Assembly (NCBI GenBank): GCA_964016885.1
Contig: OZ024740.1
Span: forward strand, 164,486,001 to 164,550,000
Origin: Eledone cirrhosa
Lineage: Eukaryota
Length of the DNA: 64,000 nt
Direction: 5' to 3'
Each line of letters opens with the position of its first letter. Within the stretch, counting starts at the first letter, position 1. Position numbers and translations under genes: made by a program. This document shows, one piece after another, positions 51,747-64,000 of this stretch. The notes under the pieces are model-generated. The model was not told the DNA's origin, searched no databases, and was given only the letters and a program-made list of their open reading frames with translations.

Positions 51747-53906
51747 TTTCGAACATTTAATGTTACATAAGAGAAATGAATACCGTCACAAGAGTCTATA
51801 GATTCTTGTAATCCATTAAAAGAAATCGTATCAACATATGTAGAGAGCTGTGACATTGATTCATGACTAAAAATGCATTCGTGAAGTATGTTAGTGAAAA
51901 TTTTGCTAGGTGGCAATCGAAACCGCTTCCACGAACTTGTAACGTCTTGCCTAGAAATCTCATCTCTATTCTCCATTTCTTGCACATTAATGAATATTTA
52001 CAAAAATTCTTTCATAACAGTATATATACCAATGACTTAATAGCTTCTCCGATGAAAAAAAAACGAAAGAATATGTTTGAGCTAAGAAGGATTAAGTAAT
52101 AACTATTTATGGAAATTATATGCGGAATTTATTTGTATGTATATATTTTTTATTATTTGTCTATTATTACCATTCATGCTTGTGTTCATATATTCATGAA
52201 TGTACATTTATAGTTGTGCATATATCTATACATATTCATGAACAGGCATAACATATACTCTTAAATGCATATGCAATTTTGCCTACATACACGTATTATA
52301 CACACATACACACACACACACATATACACACACACATACATATATATATATATGTCCATATTGTATATGCGTAATTACCAAAGAAAACATATGGTTGTGT
52401 CTAAGTGCGCGTGTGTATGTATGTATATTGTTTTCATGCATATATGCGTATATTTATGTATATATAATGCAATGCCTATATAATGTTTAGCATAATACAA
52501 TTTAGATAATTGTGATACACATCTTTCCACGGTATCTGTCCATCGCTCTCTCTCTCTTTTTTCTCTCTCTCTCCATATATATATATATATAAACATGTAT
52601 TATACATCTATGTGTATATATCTGTCTTTTTCTATCAATCCTTTCTTATCTGAAATCAAAACCAAATATAAAAGGACAATAACGTATCAAAATTATGATT
52701 GTTATCTCAGAAAAATATGAAGGAGCTCAACGTATTACTTTTAAAGATTGTTGTTGCAGTTTAACTGTGAGGTGAGTAAAATCTATCGAGAAACACTTTA
52801 GTAGCCGGTTTGTAATTATGTACTATCCAACGACGAACCGGCTGTGTGGTTGCACAATCTCCGTGAATGGACAGCCACATCTACGCCCATTCACAAAATA
52901 CTTTCTTATAAAAGTAAGGACACATTGGACGCAGTGTAGTCGTATCTATACAAAACGTCTAGATGGCCATGGATGGATCACTTATGAAAATCGTCCAGAT
53001 AAATAGCGGTTGGCGTGTGCCTAAATCTCAAGAACAGTAATGTTAAATGTACGGAAAGATGAAATGAACCCAACAGAATTATATGCCTTTCACAAACTCA
53101 GTGACTTCCTGATAATTCGGTATGTCATTCAATGATGACAATACTATGCATATTTATCTTCAGGAGTGTTCTTACAAACTTCAATAAGTTCAAGTACCAT
53201 GACAGACATGCCAACCTCTAAAAACCTAAACAAGGAGGACCATGAAAAAAGTATCCCAAAACAAATGAAAGCTATACCCATTTTCACTAGGGAAGACATC
53301 TCTCACCCACTCCAAAGTGAATCGGACGAGGAGAAGTGGCAGGTCTGCCATGAAGACAGAGAGAGAGAGGTATGATGCTTTTTGTTTAGTCGGAGATAGA
53401 AAAAATGAGAAAGTATTATTTTTAGCTGGTGGCACAGAGAGATTCTATAACAACACAACTTTAAAATTTCTAGTTTCTCATTGCAATGGAATTATTTGAA
53501 CTGTTCTACGACAACAATGCTAATCTTCAGTTACCTCGAATTTCAGATTTCATTATTCATCAGTTTATAAAGCTACCTGTAAAAGGTAATGTAAAAGTTA
53601 TACTTAAATGGAAACAAAATTGATCTAAGCTGACCATAGCATTATGGAAGTGATGAAACATTATTTGATGGTACGCTTGTTTATCGCCTTATATTTTACA
53701 ATAGCTATCCTTTCTATTCCTTGATATTATCCTTATTTGGATGTAGAGATTGCAGTGTGGTTTAAGACATTCACATCAGAATCACGTGTTTGCCGATTCG
53801 ATCACATGCCGGGGTACCATACAAAAGCGTCTTCTAGCATAGAGTGGTCGACTGAAACTGTGCGGGAGCCTGTCTGGTAGATATATCTGAACACACATAC
53901 ACCGTA

Positions 53907-53976
<70 letters not shown>

Positions 53977-54014
53977 CAGAGAGAGAGGTATGTAAGATTG
54001 TTTGTGTGTATGTA

Positions 54015-54064
<50 letters not shown>

Positions 54065-54087
54065 TACTTACGGTAAACATTGATGCA

Positions 54088-54161
<74 letters not shown>

Positions 54162-54514
54162 ATATATATGCGTAAGTAAAAGATAACATGAACGTATCTC
54201 TGTCGGTTTCAACGATGAGAGCTCCAGATGTTCAGTTCATGGCACGGCATACTCGTTAATTTTGAGTCGCTGTGTATTTGACAGACGCATTCATCTAGTT
54301 TATCAGGGAGATTCGCTGTGACAGTGTGACGAGTATATTTATTTAAATTTCAGTTTAATTTCATTGGCAGAGATTCCATATTGTTTCTGTCTACCAACTT
54401 TCAACCATTCCCTTGGGTTTCCCGAGCAATCGGTGGAACATTCTTGGCCAAAATGCCACCAGTGGAACCGAACCCGGAACCTCATAAAGTGTACGCACAG
54501 TCCCACACTACAGA

Positions 54515-54563
54515 CATACCTGATGATTTCCCTCGAATGAAACAGTTCTAGTCCTGTAGAAGC
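54515..54563 (+). ncRNA. Type I hammerhead motif, intact core, degraded stem I
   Basis: catac CTGATGA t TTC cctc GAA t GAAA CAG ttctagtc CTG TA gaagc. The downstream tail (tactctacta..tattgagtac) resembles the 14564 family. Confidence 0.6.
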
Positions 54564-54639
54564 ATATTCTATATTAAACATGATATACTCTACTATGTAT
54601 TGAGTACCTTACTTTCTGTGGTTACCCTCGATTGAACCA

Positions 54640-54704
<65 letters not shown>

Positions 54705-55134
54705 AAATAAATATGTATTCATAAATATATTCACACGCAGACACTCACAAACACATACACATACATATATATAGAGAGGGGGGGGGGGGCGAGTGTAAGA
54801 CAGCTAGATAGAAATTTAGATATGCGCATATTTATGACTTATGTAATATTCGTAAAATCATAAGTATATGCAGGGCTTTATACATAAAATGTGAATTTAT
54901 TAATGATTAAATAATAAGCCTGCTTTGACGATACATTGCACATGCAATGACCTTGATTAACCACCATTCCAGAGTTTTACTCGTGGCGGTGGTAAGGTTT
55001 CTAGATAGCTACTTATGCCGATGATAATGATCAATATTTTACGAGAGAATATCTGTTTAACATCGTCGGTATTTTAAGCGTTAATGCGCAAGTAAATACA
55101 CACAGAGTAACACAAACACACAAACACATAAACG

Positions 55135-55167
<33 letters not shown>

Positions 55168-55906
55168 ACTTAGATATATATCCATATATTTATATATCCA
55201 TATATACACTCATACACACATATACATACGTACATTTTATTATTATTTATTCATTATACATAAATCTCTCTCTCTATATATATATTTATATATATGCACG
55301 CGAATATTGTTTTTATCTTTTGTTTACTCTTCATGTTCATTTTTCCTCAACAATAGGAACAAGAAGACATTCATTAGATATACGACAACAAAAGTAACAT
55401 AATATATTGTAACTGAAATAAAAACAAAGACAAAGGAATACCATATCTACAGCAGCATTAGCTTCAGGAAGACACACCGTTATAAGAAACTATGCAAATG
55501 AACGAATACTTGAGATTGGCGCGACTGCACTTACGTTTTATTGGACAAAAATAAAACTAAATAAGATGTGGATGTTGTCAAGAAGGAAAAAAATGAAAGA
55601 AAAGAAATCTGGTTTTTAGCTACCTAAATATCTAAGACGCTTGTGTGTGTGAGGTGTGCAACCATCTGTATGAATTTATAAATGTTTATATATAAGTATA
55701 TATACACATCTATGTATGAATCAGTACACAAACCGGCACGCGGCACACATACTCAATTTTTCGCTCTCTCTCTCCCGCTCTCCTATCACCTCTCTCTCAT
55801 TCACATGCACGCATCAATTATTTCCGCCCGCATGGGTATTTTACCCGATTTATATATGTGTATATATATGCGTCTATCTATATTCATATATCTATATATA
55901 TATATC

Positions 55907-55939
<33 letters not shown>

Positions 55940-55979
55940 GTAAGAATGTATGTATGTATAAATGAGGTATATATTTGTT

Positions 55980-56012
<33 letters not shown>

Positions 56013-56044
56013 ATGTTTACACATATCTATATGTTCATATATAC

Positions 56045-56380
56045 ATCATCATGATCATCATCATCATTTTATGTCCGCTTTTCCCTACTTGCAAGGGTGG
56101 GACGGGAACTGATTCTGGCTTGATTTCTACAGCTGGATGCCCTTCCTAACACCAACCTCATTTACAGTGAGTGCTGGGTGCTTTTTTGCCGTGGCACCTC
56201 CACGACCACTTTGCAGTGGAATGATAGGGGCCCCCAGTCCTATCATTTCTACACCTGAGTAAACTGGAGCAATGTGAAATAAAGTGTCTTGCTCAAGGAA
56301 GCAACACCGGTCTGAGAATTGAACTCACAACCTTTCGGTTGCAAGCCCAATGCTCTAACCACTAAGCCATGTGCCTTCAC
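56045..56380 (-). mobile_element. tRNA-derived CORE-type SINE with (ATG)n tail
   Basis: A box tggcttagtggttaga, B box gagttcaattc, CORE-like ccttgagcaagacacttta...cactcag/aaatg, tail ttaggaagggcatccagctgtagaaa...atgatgatg. Confidence 0.7.
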
Positions 56381-56699
56381 TCCATACATACATATATAAA
56401 TCAAGGAAACAAAAAACGAACAAATATATATGTATGCATATATATATATTTCGATATATATATATATACACACATAAAATAACACACACAAACACACACA
56501 CACATATATATATTGTTAAATGAGCATTTACAGGGACATTCGTCAACAAGAAATGGTGATTCGCGCTGAATGGGACGATAAGAATAAAGTCGATAATCGT
56601 TTAATAAGAAAGGAGCGAAAGAGAAAACTAGCTGAGTGGTAGAGCGAGTTAGATACTTAAAAGGGGCTTTTAGAAAGGTCATTGCAACCGGCTTGCTTG

Positions 56700-58010
56700 C
56701 GGTGAGATGACACTCGACCTATATTCAACGCGAATTACAAAGCCAGTGATGTCAGAGTTATGGTTTAGGCTTTTATATATGAAGAAATGAAAACAGTTCA
56801 ACAGGTCAATGTGACAGAAGCATAGCTTGGTAAGGAAACTCTAATTCTATCTTTGGTTGACCACGTTGAGCATGCTACTCGATTCTATGAGTAGTTTGTC
56901 AACGGCTCATTGCTCAGTTTCACGAGATGAGTTGGGAGCTGGTTAACAAGATTTATTTCACTACTTACTTCGATGGCTTCTCCCGATTCACGGCAACAGA
57001 GACAAAGTTTTACCATAAAACGATAAGAGCCACAGAAATACAGGATGCGATGTTTAGATACAAAAGGGTCAAATAACCTGGTTTATATGACTTGCCCAAC
57101 AAACTTTACACTTTTATGCCATGTTGAACGACCACTTTGCAGATGTCTATGACAGCTGGCAGTACAACAGAAGATTCCCATATTCTGTGAACTGAGGAGC
57201 GGTGACTCTACTGGGAAAAGACCGGAACAAGATGGTCCACATTGACAATTTAAACACACAATTCTGCTAATGTGCCATCTCGAATAAATCCAGCCACAAC
57301 ACACTTCAAATCAAGCGATAAATCAGAAAGTGGAGGGTTAATATATGTGACACTGGGGGCTCTGATTAACTTGGATCAATTCAAAACATTCGATAATGTC
57401 AACCATCAATATTTTGTGGCTGTTGTAAATGCAGGTGATTTCACTTCCCTCAATGTACAGCGGCATCTGCTAGGTAGACAGAGTAAATGGCCACGTCTAT
57501 GAACCTTTCAGTATCATGTGTTTGGTCCGTCAAATCTGTCTTTTCTGGTTTATCCTGAAAGTATTGTCTCAAGGGACACTACTGCAGAGACTAGTGACGT
57601 TGAGGAGCCTTGAACGGGGAATACGATGCGGAAGATTCCTGTCGCCATGTGCGGGCGACGTCTCTTTAGTTGTGTCCCACAGCAGGCACATCAAACAAGT
57701 ATGAGTCCGTAGAAGAAGCAAACATTAACCAGGAAGATCAGTTGGCCTGCAGCTAGGCATCCAGTGGTGCAGATCCATGCCATCCCTTTGCATCATATTC
57801 TGATTGAGTTCAGACCTGTATGTGGGCAAGGACAGGATGGAGGGACAAGGAGGGTGACCATTCTCAGTCAAAAATATATGGAGAGGAGACTATCGTTCAG
57901 AGGTCGGAAAGAGGTAATAAACATTTAGATTGCTGCCATCGTGTCTTGCTCCAGTTTAAATTTAACCGCACTGGACCGTATGCTCTCAAAGATTTCTTTC
58001 AAGTTTCACC
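56700..58010 (+). mobile_element. Old degraded Tx1-like LINE RT fragment
   Basis: IRATEIQDAM, GALINLDQFKTFDNVNHQY, LLQRL.TLR...CGR.LSPCAGDVSLVVS parallel the 16.7-19.0 kb ORF2. Confidence 0.75.
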
Positions 58011-58153
58011 CGAAAAGGAATTTTGGATGAAGAAGGATTATTCAAGTTAGAATATATTATATATACAAGTTGTCCCCCAAAATGTATACACAATTTGATT
58101 ACCTGTACAAGCAATATTTATTAAAATTCTGTTGAAGTGTGTATACATTTATA

Positions 58154-58246
<93 letters not shown>

Positions 58247-58443
58247 AGTCTGGTCTTTTGTTGTTTGCTTATTGTTTTAATACGCTGAACGTTGTTAGAC
58301 ATCATTTCAGAAAATAAGACTACTTCTCTCTAGAAAACAAATATATAAATCAAAATAAGAAATACATCACATTAAAACTGTTTTCCAGCTAAACATATAT
58401 AATAACAACCAAATCTAAAATAAAGATGCAATAAATGACTGAA

Positions 58444-58697
58444 AAGTTTCAGAAAGACGGTACAGTGTAGTAGAAATATATAAAGGGCAAAGGATGACAA
58501 AGAAAAAAAAGTTCACTTCAACATGATGTTTAGGGCTATTACCCTCCTTTCAAATGTAACACGTTTTACATTTGAAAATAGGATAATAACCCTAAAATAT
58601 CATGTTGAAATATGGGTAAAACATTACTTTGTTTTGTTTTCTTTGTCATTCTTTGCCCTTTATATATTTCTACCGCATTATAACGGCTTTCTGAACC
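58444..58697. repeat. Imperfect inverted repeat with arms of about 100 bp
   Basis: gtagaaatatataaagggcaaag.atgacaaagaaaa and its reverse complement; inner pair caacatgat.tttaggg / ccctaaaatatcatgttg. Confidence 0.75.
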
Positions 58698-59493
58698 TTA
58701 TCTATCATTTATTACATATCTCACAATGCTTCATATTAACGATACGACTAAAATAAGGAACTACAATGAAATCAAAATGCTTGGGCATTTTGTTTCGTCT
58801 GAATGTATAGCGCCAAAACTAATCTTTTATATATTTATTCTTGTTACTTCTACCTATTTAGATACCCCCAAATCATACCCATACACCATTTTTGTTTATC
58901 ATCTACACTCAATTTACTTCGAAGTTACAGAAACTTCTCCTTCCGACTCACTTTTATCTTAATCGCTTTCCGACATCCGTTTTTCGCGCCTGGCTTAACA
59001 AGCAATTTCTGTTCCCTTTACTTTGCCTCAGTAACTTCTCTGTCCATGGCATTAAAAAAGAAATCCCCTGAAAACACAAAGATATAAATGTAAATAAATC
59101 GGAACGAAAAAAAGCGAATGCTCCATTAGTCTCTCTGCTACCAGACGTTTTATCAAGACGACAGGCAAAATTATTATTATTTTCTGTCCATCGTTTTCTA
59201 AGATTTCGAGTGTGTATCTATTATTATTTTGTTATATATATCTTTTGCTTTCTATTTTGCTGTTAGGCAGTAGACCGGCAGTTGGTCAGGTCATATATAT
59301 ATTTGTAGAAGGAACACTCTGATTAAACACCCAATTTCCTTGTGAAACTTAATAGAAAAAGGTTTTCTGTTTATATTTTTTAGATGTCAGAAAAGAAAAC
59401 CAAAAGAAATCATTAAATAAATAGCAGAAAAAAATCGGAGGAAAAAATAATTATACTTTCCTCTATGTCTTTCAACATTATTCTATCTCTCAT

Positions 59494-60410
<917 letters not shown>

Positions 60411-60558
60411 TATATAAGTATGTGTGCATAAATATGTAGACGCACATACACTCGCGCACATGTATATAAATATTCACAAACATGTGTGCATTTATATATA
60501 TATATATACACATATTTGTGCATATTTATATACATGTGCGCGGTGTATGTGCGTGTAC

Positions 60559-60597
<39 letters not shown>

Positions 60598-62084
60598 AAT
60601 AGATTCCCATTACGTTTTAGCTGTAGGCGAGTGAGTTGGAGGACTTTATGAGACACATGCTTCGATCAAAATGTCGTCAATGCATTCTCGTCTCAGAAAG
60701 AATCTGTAATATCATTGTATTAAGGCAACCAGCTATCTATCCAACTAAACATATCTGTGGAATGTCTGTCTTAAAGCAATCCACCAGGTTTCATTCAAAG
60801 AATGAACAAAAAAGTAAATCTTGGAAATTAAAATAGAAAAAAAAAGAAGAGGAAGCAACTTAAATAAAAATATAACGCAATCTTTATTAACATTGAATAT
60901 TTCCAGTATTCATGTAATAGGTCTATTTTACCGAATTTCAGACCCCCTTTTTTAAAAACTTTTATTCTCGATGTTTTGTTTGAATGGGTATATAAAAGGG
61001 AGGTTATAAATGGTACAATGTTTCTGGTATGCGTTTTCAATGGCATAATCAATGTAAGTAAAGTGAACTAGCTTCAACAGAATATTGAAATAGGATCTTC
61101 TTTCCTTATAAACCTCGAGTTTTGTGTCTGTTAAGAAATCATTATCAGCGTGTCAGTCACTCCCCGCTCTATCTCATCCTTCTCTTTACAAAAGTATGCT
61201 TCTGATAAATTGACACCTTCCACCTGGCCTTACCCGACACAAAATTCGCTAGATACCAACCTCTTCCTTTTCGTTATTTGATACTAAAATTGAAGGACCA
61301 TTTGAAGCAGCTCTTTGCACTCACTGGGTAGTGTAAACAAATAAATGTATAAATAAAAATTCCAGAAACTAAAACAAAGAAAGAAAAATAGACATAAAAC
61401 TACATACAAAAAACGCCTATTGTCTGCGTACACCTTAGCGAAGGAACGAATACCATGGTAAGGTGTAGATAAATAAACAACAATTACTAAGATTGGCACT
61501 CTGGCAAGCGCGTCGAAAACTATTGGCTTCAAAAAGACATCCTTATGTAAATAGTGTTAAGAGTCAAGCTGTATTATATTTAACTAAAAGATTCACTTCT
61601 CAACAAATGTGCCAACGAGAATTAAGATCCCCTGAATGAAAAATAAAATCATCGTTTTCACATATGTTTTGAGGATTGCAAAACTCAGTGTCAAGGTAAT
61701 GAAATTGGAATAGTGATAAACTAACCATATCTTAGATATTCAACATATATATTGTGTACTCATTCACTAAAATGTACAGACTACATACATGTATGTTTAC
61801 ACACAACACTCACTATTCGATTTTACCGTCACTCATACTGTGCTTCCCCCTTATGCAGACATCGCAATAACCACAAAGCTTAGCCCTTCCTCCTCAGAAG
61901 CGTCGCTTTTCCGAAATTCTTCTTTGCTCATCAAGGACAAATTCATCCTTCACACATCCGTTGTCGATAGAAAGGAGTGCCTGAAAAGAACTGGTGGTGA
62001 TATATTCGAATGTACCCACCCCCTATAAATTGCTGGCCTTCTGCCTAAATTAGAAGCCATAATTATTCTGTTGAGACAATGGAT

Positions 62085-62290
62085 TAACAGAAAATTTAGT
62101 GCGTCGGACAAAATACGTTAAGGTATTTGTTTCGAATCTTTACATTCAGTGTTCAATTCCCACCGAGGTAGCTTTACATTTTATCCTTGCAGATCGATAA
62201 AGTAAAGTACTAATAGCGTTCTGTGGTCGATTTAATCGAATGTTTTCGAATTTCTGGCCTTATTCCTATTGTAAGGCCAATCTTTATTAT
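62085..62290 (+). mobile_element. Degenerate tRNA-derived SINE
   Basis: gttcaattcccaccgaggt..cttt.c.ttt.atcctt...tcgataaa.taaagtac; tctggcctt..tccta. Confidence 0.6.
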
Positions 62291-63372
62291 TATGTTTTTG
62301 ACAGCTTCGTGGGAGGTTTTACAGCATCAGCATGTGGGACTTCATTGTTCCTGGTGCGTGCGCAGCATTAGGTTATGGCGATGCATCGTTTTTTTTGCTC
62401 TGCTGCTATTTTAGTGGCTCTTCTTTTGTGTAGAGTATGTGTATGATGTAGTTTGTATCATTTTGGTGGGATTAATTTTCGTGTGTGTTTTTAATTGGTG
62501 AAAATTCCTTTAAAGTGTCAGATGCTGACTGCATATTGTATACTGTCTGTGGTTTGTGTAGTATTAAGGAGTCACTGGTGTATAGAATTTAATATGGGGA
62601 AATTGTTGCTGATATTATATTAGTTACTAAGTACATAGGAATGTGCTTTGTGATATTCTATTCGGTGTAGAATGTATTGTGCAAATTGTGTAATTTTATG
62701 GCGCGCTATCAGGGAAGATATGTATTGTGCTCAGAGAGTGTACTGTTTGATGTGTAATATTGAATAGAAAATGTCTTGGATAAGTTGAATCTGTGCCTTT
62801 TTATCTGTCAATATTATTGCAGCTTTTCGTCTTAAATTTATTATTATGTTCTTCGCGTCTTTTCGATATTAGCTTCTTCATTTTGTTTTTCTCATCTTCT
62901 TTATTAAATCTGAGTTAATCTTTTGTTTTTCTGAAATGTTGGCTGTCGAAATGAATTAGTTTATTTTGGCTCAACCACTACAGAGACGAGCATTTCTTCC
63001 TGCTACCTCAATGCAAATAACCAGGCTGAAAAATTGTTTTAAAAAATTAATAGAGTAAAGCTATTAGAATTTTTTTGTTTTTGTTTTTGTTTTTGTTTTT
63101 GTTTTTGAGAGGGAGAACATTGGAAACAAGCTTAGTATCTCTGTAATAATTCTGCGCTATACGCCACTTTTTGAAATTTTCAACAAAATGTAATACAAAA
63201 ACAGGAGACCAAGTAAACACGGCTTGTAACGAAAAGAAACAAGAACAGCAACTATAATATTTCTTTATTTATATATGAGTGTATTTGTTTTGTGTCCCAA
63301 TATAATGAAAATGTACCATTTAAATTGGGACACAAAACAAGTACACCTATATATAGATAAGCGAAAGCCATA

Positions 63373-64000
63373 CAGGGTGACTATGAAAAATAGCCCCGCT
63401 TACGTTTTATGTCACTATATATTGGTTTTATAACCGATTAGTCTTAGAGTTCAGGACATAGCAAATGCAACATCTGCAAAAATAACGAGACGCGAAAGCT
63501 CCAGCACTGGATTTTCTGTGTCAAACACTATTATAAGTATAGCTCGTACAAGCAGGTCCAGAGCTATTTCACGCATTTTTGAACGGGCAAATCTCCCTTC
63601 AAAGCCAATATAGAAAACTGCATGAAGTGATTGGTGACGTATGGGACAGTGCAGGACCTCAATACAATATCAAAAGACCGTCCTACCCACTCTGGACGGT
63701 TCATAAAGCGTATGCAGTCAGTTATTGACAAGCGCATGAGAAGCAAATCTTTAGATTTCAACCGATGTATCGTTTGGGGTGCTATTTCTGAATGACGATT
63801 GATTGCCCCATTCTTCTTCAAAGAATACGGTATCACCGCTAAAGTCCTAAACGAAGGTTATGTAGAAGTACTCGATGACTTCAAAAAGGAGCTATAAACC
63901 ATGTACTTATCTATAGAGAATCCATTCAGGTTCCAGCAAGGCAGCACAAGTCTTCACATCTCCAATGAACCACGAGATTGTTTGAAAAAACCTTTGTAAA
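63373..64000 (+). mobile_element. Degraded Tc1/mariner-superfamily DNA transposon, running off the window
   Basis: TA|CAGGGTG terminus; IVWGAISE*RLIAPFFF...LNEGYVEVL...FQQGSTSLH matches VWxAIS..IIGPxFF..VN..Y..ML..FQQDGAxxH. Confidence 0.7.

Noticed and set aside
62300-63000. Possible old LINE endonuclease remnant on the minus strand (also an RT-like trace at 26660-26870)
   Set aside because: Too degraded to assign motifs with confidence.

Overview
AT-rich, microsatellite-saturated animal DNA with no recognisable host gene. The repeat repertoire resembles a cephalopod (Octopus-like) genome, which is an inference. Almost all ORF-track entries are (TA)n/(CA)n artefacts. The real coding remnants are all mobile elements: a near full-length but disrupted Tx1/L1-clade LINE (minus strand, 16.2-22.0 kb) with two further 3' copies in one (AAT)n array; two Penelope-like elements (PLEs, RT plus GIY-YIG; Neptune-like at about 1-2.8 kb, Hydra-like with a CxCx5C linker at about 41.9-43.8 kb); CRE-like RLE, RTE, I/Jockey-like and Tc1/mariner fragments; tRNA-derived SINEs; and a non-autonomous Helitron. 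The most striking structure the ORFs do not explain is about a dozen short non-coding insertions in (TA)n tracts that share one architecture: an inverted (fold-back) copy, a direct copy, and a 3' tail found on one arm only. Most carry type I hammerhead ribozyme motifs from several unrelated families, including cores where the C3:G8 pair is replaced by U3:A8 and copies with a full stem III. All alignments and RNA folds were done by eye, so coordinates may be off by a few bases.
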